Assembly: GCA_025201805.1 (NCBI GenBank)
Contig: MU619387.1
Location: forward strand, 1 to 64,000
From: Parasitella parasitica NRRL 2501
Lineage: Eukaryota > Fungi > Mucoromycota
Direction of reading: 5' to 3'
DNA length: 64,000 bases
This document shows positions 13,728 to 25,904 of the stretch, piece by piece. How positions within the stretch are numbered: the stretch's first letter is position 1; each line of letters opens with the position of its first letter. Below the pieces are notes generated by a model that made no database searches, was not told where the DNA came from, and was given only the letters and a program-made list of their open reading frames with translations. The position numbers were made by a program, and so were the translations under genes.

Positions 13728-16700
13728 ATGACTTGTACCTACCTTGATCCCGAGTTTGAAGGGCTAAGACCCGAGCAAGTTGAGCTTATTGACCTAGAGA
13801 ACAAACCTCCATTGCACCAAGTTGCTGAGGTAGTCCTGTCGCCCCGAGAATACCAATATGAAATCTTCAAGAAAGCTGCATACGGAAATACAATTGCCGT
13901 CTTGGATACAGGCGCGGGGAAGACTCTGATTGCAGTAATGCTGATCAAGTACATGCTGGCCATCGAAAATGAAAAATCAAAGTCAAACAAAGACTACAAG
14001 GTAGGATTGCCATTTCTCTGCATCAGACATCATCACTGACAACATTGCTACTTGACAAATACGTAGAAAAAGATCACCTTTTTCTTGGTTGACCGAGTAC
14101 ATTTAGTATTCCAGCAGGCTAATGTCATTCGAGCCAACTGCGATGCGCGAATAAAAGAACTGTGTGGAGACATGAATGTGGACTCTTGGAAAGAAGCTAC
14201 ATGGATTGATATATGGGACAATAATGATATTTGCGTCTTGACTGCGCAGATCTTTCTGGATAACCTTCGAAGCGGTTTTTTAACACTGGATCGAGTACGG
14301 ATTACGTAGAGCTACTTGATGATATATGCATATATATCTGGAGGCTAACAACATATCATCTTTAGGTAAATTTATTGATCTTCGATGAATGTCACCACGC
14401 AAGCAAAGGTCATCCCTTCAATTTGATTATGGTCGAGTTTTACCATCGTATTTATAATGACTCGAGGAACCAAGCGCTTGAAAAACCAAAAGTATTCGGC
14501 ATGACAGCATCTCCCATCCATAAATCAACCAAAAAGGTGGTAGAGAGCATCAGGTATGTGTTTAAGCATTCGAATAACACTCTACCACTGATACCCTACA
14601 CATACATACATACGGTATAGCATATTAGAAACTAGTTTGGAAAGCCTTGTGTACACAGCTAGAAGCTCAGAAGAACTGAAAGAAGCGGTAAAGAAGCCCT
14701 TTGAAATAGAGTTGTTTTACTCTATGCCAGTGATTGATGATATCCCTCCCATGGAATACTCAACAACCATAAACTGCAAAAGAGTAGAGCGCTATCCTAA
14801 ATCAATATTGACAACACTTATCTCTGGTAAGATCGAGCCTGTCCCAGGTGCTATGCAATGCTTGAATGCGGTAACATACATTTCCAATAACCTGGGGCCT
14901 TGGTGCGCCGACAGATTATGGAAATCTATTCTTCAAAAGGCAGCTGTAAATGGCCTCTTTACGCCAACTTTATACGACCCAGAACGAAAGCTGACTACAT
15001 ACCACAAAGGGCTGTTGAAGGAAGCGTACGACATGAGCTCCTTTGCTACTCCTACAGATCCCAATATTAGGAACGAACGTTTGTTTACACCGAAAGCAAA
15101 GACTCTGATCGATTGTTTGCAAGAGATATTGGCTAATGATGCAAACAAAAAAGATTTCTGCGGCATTGTCTTTGTTGAAAGGCGGCACACTGCAGTTGCT
15201 ATCAAGACCTTGGTTGAATCGCTGAGTATTTTTCGAAACGATATCAGATGTGATGTCTTGATTGGACATGGCACGAAAGGTGGCGGGGATTTGCAAATGA
15301 AATATACCAAGCAAAATGAAGTTATTGCAAGGTTTCGATCTGGAGAGCTCAACTTGATGGTTGCCACCAACGTTGCTGAGGAAGGCCTGGACATTCAAGC
15401 CTGTAACTATGTGATCAGGTATGTAGACAATGTGCTGTTGCCAGCTACTGCTCAGTTTTTCAAAGAGAGGCTGTACGTTATATCAGAACAAACGGCATAT
15501 GAAAATGAGTCTCTGCATTTTCTATTGTGCGTACGAAGATAGAATGTTGAACAGACGCTGCGCCACTGTGCGCATTTCTGCAGTCTCTTTCAAAATCATT
15601 GATTGATAGAGCCTGAAGCAGGATGCTTTTAAATAGAACTTTACGTACTAATGATTACACTCGAAAAAGATTCGATCCGTTCAAAACTGTCATCGCCTAT
15701 ATTCAATCTCGCGGAAGAGCGCGACGCAAAGACTCTAGATACATCCTCATGTTGAACGATCAAAACTCCAAGGATGTCAATCTGCTGCAAAACGTTGTTG
15801 CAACCGAGTATAAAATGAAAGAATACTGCCGTTTACTCCCGAAAGACAGGAATTTAGCGCTTCTGTATGACCAGAGCCCACATCCGGGTGCGTATGAGCC
15901 AGAATATATAAAGCAGAGCTTGTCCAACATTTACCTGGACGGTGCCTTCTGTATCGAATCTACGGGCGCCCTTTTAACAAAGTCAAATGCCATTGCCTTA
16001 GTTTATCATTACTGCGCTACGCTTCCCGCAGATAACTTTTGCAATTCAAAGCCTGTGTACAAGTTTGACGACATAACTAATGAAGACCTATCGTCTGAAG
16101 AGAGGAAAGCCTTGGATTTGCATATTATGGCTGCACGCAGCGGTAAAATACACCGCTGCACACTGACACTGCCAATTAACGCACGTATTCAACAATTTGT
16201 ATCTTACGATTGCACCAAGGATGATGCCAAAGCAAGAGTCTCTCTGCAAGCATGTATTGCGCTTTATAAAGCCGGCGATATCGACGATCATTTGGTTCCC
16301 AGATCCAAGACACAGCGTAAGGTACTGATGGAGCTTGTAGAGTCTGATGAAAACGGTAAGCAAATCGGTAGTCGTGGACGTGAGAACTTTTACAAAAAGA
16401 GGCAACCTTCATTTTGGAAAGGAGGCAGTAATGGTGATGATACCACTGCCGTTCATTTGGGGCCTTACTGGCCCTCTTTGTTTGCCTTTGAGGAACCACA
16501 CGGACGTCAGCCCAACGTTCCTGCGTTCAGGCCAATGTGCTTGATTACAAAGAAACCTCTTCCACCGATACCTGAGATCACGCTTTTCAATGACAACACA
16601 CCATTCAAAGTGCACGTCAAAAGCCAATATCAAGCATTTTCGTTCAGCAAACAGCAGCAGATTGACGATTTGAAAGACTATTCGTTTGCTTTCTTGAAAT

Positions 16701-18838
16701 GTCTTACAAACAAGGACTTTAAATGCTCCGGAAACGACATTGAATATTTCATTGCACCGCTCCTAGCCGACCATGATTACCTCCCTACTGCAGATTCTTC
16801 GTCCAAGATCGACTGGGCAGAGATATCGAAAACTGTCGCAAACGCCAACTTGGCAGTCGATGTACTTGGGGGTATTGCGGATGCTATTGTGGTTGAAGTA
16901 AACGATCAAAAAAGAAGACTCTACTTTGTACGGCAAGTGCAGCATGACATGACACCAATGTCTCGCGTTCCTGCCTGTATCTCAACTCACAAAGATGGCA
17001 AAACCAAAACGCTTCGCGAGAGAGAGTATGAGACATTTGCGGAATACTACGAGAACCAAGAACTCCTAGTCAAGAAAGTAACAGACATGGGCCAGGCTTT
17101 GCTCAGAGTCGACCGATTACAAAAGAACCAATCTTTTTTGTACATAAACGCCAGCAAAGCGACAAAAAAGAAGGATCAAGAACCTGAGTTCGCTGCTGCT
17201 TGGCTTGTTCCTGAGATCTGCCAACTATTCCCCATCAGCGCAAGTGTCTACCAAACCTTGCAGATTATTCCAGATGTAATGACACGTATCGACGCTGCTT
17301 TGCTTCTGCAGGACGCAAAAAAGTCGCTGGGACTATCAGACAGAATACAAGACGTTCTTTTGCTGGAGGCCTTTACAACATCATCCGCGGCTTTGGATAA
17401 AAATTACCAGCGCCTGGAATTCTTGGGAGGTATGTATATGTTACTGTTTGGCACACGGTAGCAGATTTTTTAATATGCGTGAAACGTGCTTCTTCTCATT
17501 TTTGGCTTACAGATTCAGCCCTGAAGTTCATAAGTTCTACCTATGTCTTTGTCTCGCTGCCTCTTGGCAACGAGTACGAACTCAGTGAATCTCGAATGCA
17601 TATGATTAGCAACAATGCGCTTTTCAAGTCGGCAGAAAACCTTCACTTGGCAGGATACATTTGCAGCCAAAATCTGCCTCGTCGTCTCTGGAGACCTCCA
17701 AACTACACGTGGAAAGACGACAGTGCTGAAATGATAGAGGCGTTGACTACCCATAAGCTGTCAGACAAGACCCTGGCCGATGTGATCGAATCAACGCTGG
17801 GGGCTTCCTATTTATCGTCCTCGCAATTGCATGACGCGTTACATACAGCAAAGCAACTTTTGGTGCCGTTGCAAAAGATCGAACAGTGGTCGGATTTCTA
17901 CAAAGTTTATCAAGATGAGCGCAGATTACACAAGATTAAAGCTGCTGTGTACGACTCCTCACTAGACCAACCTATTGACGTGCATAAAGTGAGCCATATT
18001 CTTGGTTATCAGTTCCACAACGAATCGCTGGTTGCCGAAGCCTTGACACACGCTTCTTTGCCGTTTTCCAGCGTCCCCTGTTATCAACGTCTCGAGTTCC
18101 TAGGCGATGCTGTTCTGGATTTCTGTGTAACCAATTATCTGTTTAAAAAGTACCAAAAAGAACCACCAGGGATACTCCACAGCCTTCGCAAGTCCTGTGT
18201 CAATAATGACATTTTGAGTGTGCTCTGTGTCCAGCTCGAGCTCAATGTGCACATCCGACACTTCTCATCAACCTTCCCGTCAGCCGTGGAGCAATTTCAG
18301 CAGCTGGTGCTCGAGAGTCGACACAAGCAAGGAGAGTATTGGCTCAATTTTAACCCGCCAAAAATCCTGTCTGATGTTGTGGAAAGCCTGATAGGCGCTG
18401 TATTTGTAGATTCAGAATTCAATCTCGCTCCAGTTGAAAAGCTGTTTGACAAATTACTAAGGCCGCTGTTAGATGAGCACATCTCCATCAGTACAATCCA
18501 AGAGCATCCATCAAGTAAACTCAAATGCATGGTGCAAGAATTTGGATGCAAACAGTGTGAAACAAGGTAAGGATATTACGTGTTGTTTTAACATTTTGCA
18601 TCCTAAACTAACCTCCTTTTTTTTTTTTTTTTTTTTTTTTTTCTCTCTCTGTAAACGCGTGTTTTCGAATAGAAATGTCTATACTAAAGAACAGCATTGC
18701 GTCGTGTTTATCCACGGGGAAGCATATGCTAGTGGGTCAGGCGTCAATACAAAAGAGGCCAAGAAAAAAGCTGCTACAAATGCCTGTCAGCGAATTGAGG
18801 ACCTGCCTGACGAGTTCATGGCAAGGTGCACTTGTTGA
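13728..18838 (+). CDS. dcl-1: Dicer-like RNase III (DExH helicase, DUF283, PAZ-like region, RNase IIIa/b, dsRBD), probably dcl-1 type; exons 13728-14000, 14067-14294, 14366-14553, 14621-15418, 15670-17429, 17513-18566, 18673-18838
   Basis: DTGAGKT, FDECHH, GMTASP, ATNVAEEGLDI, YIQSRGRAR and two RNase III signatures (YQRLEFLGDS, YQRLEFLGDAVL); all six introns are GT-AG and frame-preserving. Family is certain; the dcl-1 versus dcl-2 call is tentative. Confidence 0.93.
15448..15621 (+). other. Predicted nested stem-loop inside Dicer intron 4
   Basis: By-eye pairings: 15448-15463 with 15603-15621; 15464-15475 with 15579-15590 (12 contiguous WC/GU pairs); 15509-15525 with 15539-15556; TGCGC/GCGCA at 15559-15574. 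Confidence 0.55.
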
Positions 18839-19172
18839 ATTATGTAAAAAGCCGTAATTTTTTTACTCTGTAATACAAAAGTTTAGTCTTTTTTTTTTTT
18901 GTAGTGCAATTTGGTAGAAAAAGGAAAAATACGGTTTTTTTTTTTTGGATTTTATCATTGTTTGCATGTGTGCGTGTATTTTGTGTGTTTTTGTACGCAA
19001 ATCCGTGGTAATAAGGGCAGACTCTTTCGTATTATTGTGTGTATTGTTCATGGCATATACTATTTATTTATTTTTTTGTTTTTGTTTACATTTACATTTT
19101 ATGTATATATAATTTTTACGATGTAACAATGACGAAAGCAAAGAAAATCGTCCAAATAGATAAGCACACAAG

Positions 19173-20414
19173 TTAATGAAACTGTTGTTGTTGCTGTTGC
19201 TGCATCATAGTATAGTGTGAATATCTGGTTGAATATAAAGACGATGATACCATTGCAGCAGAAGAAGCAGCAGCTTCAAATGACTGCTGCTGTAGTGGGG
19301 TAAACGATGGGGATATAGATGATGGTCGCTTAGAAAGAGGGCCATGTAGACTGAACCCTTGCTGTTGATGCGGTTGTGGGTGATTCATCATCAAACTGCT
19401 GTTTCCATAGTCTTCTCCAACATAAAAATTGGATGGTGGGTGTTGCTGCAATAGATCGTCTTGTTCGTTTGTAATCACGTCTTTTTCTATATGTTGCTGC
19501 TGCTGCTGCTGCTGCTTTTGTTGCTTCTGTGGTGCGCTGCTTGAGCTTTTGCGAGATTTAGGTGGCTGCATCATCTTCCTATTCTTTTTCAATTGCCTTC
19601 TCAGTTCTTTGAATTCAATGGGCATCCGTTTAGGGCCCTATTTGGGCTTTTTATCAATACACATCATCCCAATAAACAATAAAAAACTTACATGGCCTTG
19701 CATAGTGACATGAGCATTCAAGTGATTCAATGTACCGTACGCTTTGGTACAGTTTAAATAAGTACAGGAATATAACCTTTCTACTTCGTTGAACTTCTTT
19801 CTGTGCCTTTTTTGTTGAGAAATAACATCCAGGGGAACAAACGAATAGACCTTTTGTTGATCTTCTACTATATGTGATGGTTGTGTGATTTTTGCGCTTG
19901 ATCTTACAGCTGTTGATGGATCAGGGTGTGTATGAACATCTTGATCAGTATTGGAATAAAATGTAGATGAGTCGATGGATGGTGGAGGAGGCGGTTGCTG
20001 ATACATATCTGCAACGGATCTTTGATAAAATATGAGTGAGTTGCTATCCATGTTACTCGCAGTCTTTGTTTGAATCATTGGTTGCTGCTGCTGAGGCAAA
20101 GTAGCCTGATAAACTTGTGTAGGTATAGGCGAAGAGTTTATGCTTATATAGGATACTTTACTACCAGTAGCTTCTACATGCCGCTTCATTTGAGTATTGT
20201 CGCCTGTTCTCACTAGACCTGCGGGCATCTGGTTTCTATTATTGTGTTTATTATTATGCATTAAGTGTGACAATGATGGTAATGGTGATTCTTCATCAGG
20301 ATTAAAATGTCCTGATGGATTTTGATATAAAAACTGCTGTTGAAGTTGATGATGTTTTTGGTTTCTTTTCTGTTGATGGAAATCGGCCGATGGATTTGGC
20401 AATGTTGGGTCCAT
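19173..20414 (-). CDS. Con7-like single C2H2 zinc-finger transcription factor, Q-rich; intron 19638-19691
   Basis: VYSFVPL..KRHRKKFNEVERLYSCTYLNCTKAYGTLNHLNAHVTMQGH|GPKRMPIEFKELRR matches the fungal Con7 signature. Confidence 0.85.
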
Positions 20415-21477
20415 CCTTCTAACTTTTTTCAATAAAAAAAAAAGAGGGGAGGAAAGAAAGAAGAAGAAAAACTTTCTACATTTCCTTTTTGTATTGGTGT
20501 TTCGTATTGCTATATACATGTATACAAATTATTGAGAGTTAACCATTTTTGAATAATTTTATTCGGGGTTGTCTTTTTTTTTTAAAAAAAAAGATGTGTT
20601 GTTGTTCTTGGAAGTTAATCAGCATTGTTTGAAAAGGTGGGTTGCGTGTGTTGGTTTGTGTGTTGTTTCTTTCTTATTTTACATTGGATGATTGCAATTA
20701 CTTGCCGTATAAAGCAAAATGCGATGTTTTTGGGTCAGTTCGTAATAACTGATCTACGGTATAATAGGCATAGTTTATATTTTTTAGTATTTTATAGTTT
20801 GTAGTTTAACGAAAAGGGGTAAAAGCCAATAATTTATGATTGAGCAAAACAAAAAAAAATCATGCCAAATCAATTAAGATTACCATATGATCAATAAAAA
20901 ACATGCCCTGTGTTGATATGTTTGCTTTTAATGATGTAAATGTATATATAGTACAAACTTGTGTAGTGTAAAAGCCGTTTTCCGAACGTTCATGTACCAT
21001 GTTCCAGCTATTGAATAGTAATAGTGTTAAAATACTTAAATGCGGGATAAATCGTATATCCGAGGTTGACAGGCGGAGTGAGGGTTTATACTTTTCCTCA
21101 GCAGAGATTGCACTTCAGGAACTCGAATTATTGAGAGTGATCGACAGGACCGTAAGTAAAACGATGAAAGCCTTCTTTTATATCAAGCCAATCATCAGCA
21201 CGAAATGGAAATGTGTGAAAAATACTTTTTTTTTTTTTCAATTTTATGGAATTCGATAGAACAAATATTAACAATAAAAAAAACAAAAAAACAAAAACAG
21301 ATCAACATAGCCTTGTAATATTTTTTTAATGTTAAATTGCGAGGTTGATAAAGGTTTATTATTGTTAAAATGACAAGAAAGGGTTTGTGAGGTATTTTCT
21401 ACTTTTTTTTGGGGGTGTTATGGGTTGATTGATTAAAGTGAAATGAATGAAACTATGAATTTTTTTCTTGATTATTG

Positions 21478-22255
21478 CTAATAAATCGAAGTTTTAGTTG
21501 AAGATGTCGTTAATGTTGGCATTGATTTTTCAGCTGTAGTTATTGGCGAAATGATAATTTCTGATTCAGGGTTCATGGTGGCCATATAATCTCGAGGGGT
21601 ATTATGGATATCTTCCTCAATAGGTGTATCATCATCATTATCTTGTTGGCAAATGATCACGGGGGAATTTAATTTGGTATCAAGCAACAATTCACGATAC
21701 TCTTCTTCAGCAGGCGATAACATGGGCGTTGATGGTCGATATATCGTTGAACTACTACTGTCATTGCTATTGTTTGCGAGACTCTGAGCCAGCAGAGCTT
21801 CATTCACATTAAGCAACGATTGCAGGTATTCTGGTGATGGCCCTGCTGTATGCGATAAAATATTTGAGAATATAGGCTGATGAGTCGATAAGGATAATAT
21901 TTCATTCGATGTACTTTTAATGTTTGCAGCAATCGTTTCCATGGCAACCGTCCCTGATTCCGCAGACTCATCCAGTTTATCCGATGTGATAGTGTGCAGG
22001 GCTGTCGTTGTCGCCGTTGGTATTGGTGAAACAGGATCTTGGATATTTGCCTCTGGGAGATCCAACTGACCCAACCAACCGATACCAGCGCCACTATACT
22101 TTTATTGAGTTGCACATTCAGTTAAGTATGTCCAATTCAAATGCTTACCTTTCTTCCCACTCTTGTCCCATCATTTGCATGACAATTTCCAGCTTTTCAC
22201 GCTGTCGTTCTAGTTCTTCTAGATTCTTATCATAATCAATTAAAGTTTTATCCAT
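21478..22255 (-). CDS. Hypothetical protein: N-terminal coiled coil, EWEESGAGIGWLG motif, S/T-rich tail; intron 22094-22148
   Basis: ATG at 22255; the GTAAGC...TATAG intron joins MDKTLIDY...QEWEE in frame to the 198-aa ORF. Confidence 0.7.
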
Positions 22256-22739
22256 TTGCTTTTCCTTGGATCAAAAAAAAAAAAGGAAAGAAAAGGAAAG
22301 AAGGGGGATGGGGGTGTAAGATGAAGATTGCAAGAAATATATACCAATTTTACTGAGTTTATAAAAAAAAGTTTTCCTGGCACCACAGGCAATCAACCAA
22401 AAATCAATAATATACTCCAAGGCTCCTATTATTTATTACATTGAGATCGAGAAAAAGGAAGCGAAAACTCCCTCTTTTCCCTCACTGCATGCATAAGTTG
22501 CTATTATTGGTTCTTGTTTGTTGTATTGATATGCTGTATAATACCATTTTTTTTTACATCAAGTGTTGGGCATTTATTGCCTTTTTTGATTGAAAGCCTT
22601 CTTTTAAGTGGATTGGTGTTCAATGTATCACCTTGTGCGGTACACACAGCAACAAATTATAATATGATTAGGGGCGGAATACATTATGTTTTCGGGTGCC
22701 GGAAAACACATTTATAGGAAAAATATAGAAGAAAATTAT

Positions 22740-23792
22740 TTATTTATCAAGAACATGTCGAAGCAAATCACATTTATGCTCAAGCAGTTCTAAATAATCT
22801 TGAATTTCGGATTTGTCCATTTTAGTAACTTTGTTGGAAGGAAACGAGGATGAAAAAGGTACAATGTTAGTAGCGTCTGGAGGTAATTGAGGCTGCAAAT
22901 CATAAAGAGAAGCCCAATCTCTTCTTCTCCTTTGAATGGTGGACTTTCTCATTTCCGCAGGTCTGTTGCGATGGTGGAGCCTGGCGTACAATCCACAGGC
23001 ATTACATAAAGGATCACCATTTTCGTTTTTACGCCACAATGGTGTTTTGGTCTGCTGACAATTGCTGCATTCTATATCATCGACCTGCTCCTGCTCAAAT
23101 GTTTGTTGTTCTGACGGCAGTGATGGCTGCTCGAACTCAATAGGTGCAATCCATTTCTCTTGTTGATAGGTAGGTGGGCGTAACAAAGCAGGAGTGCTGG
23201 CTGTTGTATTCACAGCTGCTGGCTTATGTCTAATATGTAGTGGGCGATGTTGATTATACTGTTTATAATATAGCCCACAGGCATTACAAAGCGTTTGCAA
23301 TCTGTCCGGTGTACGACGCCATAGAGGAGTTTTCGTAATTTTACAGTTGAAACATTCCAAATGTCTTGGGGGTCGAGTAGGCTTGTATGTTGCTACACGA
23401 ATTGGTAACGTGCATTGACCTGGAGGATAAGACTTCTTGTACGACGACGTTTTTTTCTTCTTGGCCACTTTATTATTAACGATAATCGAGGTGAAAGAAG
23501 GAGGTGCTGCTGAAGCCGGTGTGGGAAGTTGCTGAATATCCATATCAGGTATCAATAATTCATCGAGAAACCGATCGTCTAGAATAGGGCTACTGCTGCC
23601 CTTATCACTGGGAGACGATGAAAACGAAGAGGAAGGCGATGACGGCTGTTGCTGTAGCGGTATTGGTTGAATATACAATGTTGGAATGGGCGTTGATAAT
23701 AGCTGCTCCATCGATAATTCTTTTGACTGCTGGTTGAATAAGTTCAACTGCTCTTCAAGACTTGCAGTGTTTTGACAATGATAGTAATTCAT
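22740..23792 (-). CDS. GATA transcription factor with two zinc fingers
   Basis: CFNCKITKTPLWRR..LCNACGLY and CSNCQQTKTPLWRK..LCNACGLY. Confidence 0.93.
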   Translation of the reverse strand: MNYYHCQNTASLEEQLNLFNQQSKELSMEQLLSTPIPTLYIQPIPLQQQPSSPSSSFSSSPSDKGSSSPILDDRFLDELLIPDMDIQQLPTPASAAPPSFTSIIVNNKVAKKKKTSSYKKSYPPGQCTLPIRVATYKPTRPPRHLECFNCKITKTPLWRRTPDRLQTLCNACGLYYKQYNQHRPLHIRHKPAAVNTTASTPALLRPPTYQQEKWIAPIEFEQPSLPSEQQTFEQEQVDDIECSNCQQTKTPLWRKNENGDPLCNACGLYARLHHRNRPAEMRKSTIQRRRRDWASLYDLQPQLPPDATNIVPFSSSFPSNKVTKMDKSEIQDYLELLEHKCDLLRHVLDK

Positions 23793-24786
23793 TTTTAGTG
23801 AGATTGTGTTTCTTTTTTGCTTGTTGATAATTTTGTTTTCTTTTCGATATGTAAATTGCTCTTTGAGGTTGTTTTCTTGATCAGGCGACGTCGTTTCCTA
23901 CGTGTTTTCCGTTGAACATGTAAAAGTAAGCCATAGTATAAAAGGGTGTATGTGTGATTAAATAATTAAAGATATTGTGTAAACGTTTATGAAGTGTCTT
24001 GATTCTCTCGAATAAAATTAATGAGCAAAATGTGCAGATACTTGTTGTATTAATGCCAATTGACCGGCTTACTCCATTAAGAGAATATTATTTAAAGAAA
24101 TCTAAGAAAAATATGTGCACCTCAACTTGATGCACAATAATAGAGGAAGCTTGTGTAAGAAAACAAGATTTCTTTTTACAAAAGCAACTATGCGAAAGAA
24201 AAAACAAAGAGATACAAGGAAGATGAGTAAACAGGCTATAAAATTTTTTCTGTCTCAGTTGACTAGATTATGCGATAAATCATTTGTATGGAGAATGATA
24301 TTATCTTCCCAACACAAGCCGTCCGGGAAGAATAATCCACAGAGAATTAAACGAATAAGGCACTTCTCTTTTTTTTTGTTGCTAAAAAGTAAAAAATGGC
24401 CTTTGTAAACTATTCTATTAGCAGCAACTGATATTATTACTACGAGTTTCAATTATAGACTTCTTGCGTGATTTGGATTATCTTATATAGGTCATAATGC
24501 TATCCAAATGATCGTGGCATTCTTCGTTGTTATTGTTGGTAACACGCAGCAAATATTGGACCATTAAGGTTATCTTAATAGAATAGCATACACCACTTGA
24601 CTGAAAATGCTTAATTTCTTCTGAAAATAATTAGGCATAATATGTGTAGCTCATCTGGCAGGCCAAAGTTTAATTGTATTGAATAGAACAGCTAAGCTTC
24701 TATAAAAGTATTCACCTACCGCTTGAGTTTCTTTCTCACAGTTTCCAACGTTCGAAGGCTCTTCTCTTTTCTTTTTCCTTGCCAGC

Positions 24787-25402
24787 ATGAGCAGAGAAAC
24801 GTTCCCTCAAGATTACGACGACCCTTTTAATCAACAAACTTACAAAGTAAGCTGAAAAGAGACAAAGTAGTAGCTTTATATCTCACAAAAAAGTCTATCC
24901 TAGGGAGAAGATGCCCCATCATGGCTACATTCGCCAAACAGAGTAGTTCCCAGGTGGAGACTACAAACTACAGAGGAGAAAATTGAGCAACAACATCACG
25001 TTACAAAATTAGGCAGGTCTATATGAACAAAACACATCAATTTTGACTGATCAATAACGTCTCCTCGATAGAATCAAAACTACAGAAGATAAAGCAAAGG
25101 CCTGACAATCACTATTCGTATAAGCATATGCCAGGTAACGAACAATACAGTCGTTATATGGAAAGCAATAAACTCATTAACAACGAAAAGATATATCACA
25201 GTCAATACTCTCATCTGAAACTGATAGTGACGATGGCTATAATCAAGATGGCTCTATGCAAGAAGAATCTCATGACGAAGGATTACCCTTGCTGTGGCAG
25301 CAAAATCAATCAACCTCGCCTTTAGACACAGTGAAAAAGACTGAAGATCAATATCATCATTCATGGCGATGGTGGATTGTTACTTCCTGTTTTAACGGTT
25401 GA
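24787..25402 (+). CDS. Small 4-exon hypothetical protein (~147 aa), not in the ORF track; exons 24787-24846, 24904-25012, 25072-25134, 25191-25402
   Basis: Three 56-59 nt introns (one GC-AG) join into an uninterrupted 444-nt frame ending in TGA; TATAAAA and a pyrimidine-rich leader lie upstream. Confidence 0.65.
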
Positions 25403-25904
25403 GAAGGTTCAAATAAATATACCCAAATAATAGAACACCTCAGCCATCTTTATTTCTGTTATATCTTAATAAAGAGCATCTATATGTTTACACAGGATAA
25501 TTTTTTAGATTTGCACTCGATCTCGTTTTCTACCGTTTACTTTGCACATGTATTAATTCCAAAACCAAATATCAATGTAATATAAACTCATATCAAAGAT
25601 CAAAACATCAGATCACAAAATCATATTTTATCAGTGGAATGAAAATGATGAAAATGTGCATGAAATGACACTTGTCATAGATACAGTCTACACTATATAC
25701 CGGATCTCATTACCAAATCCTTTATCTTCAAATACCATTTCTATCAGATCATAGAAAGTTTATATAAATAAATTTTAAATAATGATTTAAACAATTTCTT
25801 TGCCTGACTAACTTTACAAAGGTAAGCTTATGATAAATCAATCAGAACAGATACAGATATTCATAATTGTTTATGGTTATTCGCAAAAATAAAAACTGTT
25901 TTAG

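Noticed and set aside
3272-18838. RRP6 near Dicer (plus G-patch, PRMT5 and Smr further on) as an RNA-metabolism cluster
   Set aside because: Unrelated housekeeping genes are interleaved; no evidence beyond chance without synteny data.
20999-21259. 86-aa ORF with small hairpins and a GTAAGT site
   Set aside because: No recognisable protein or RNA family and no convincing downstream exon.
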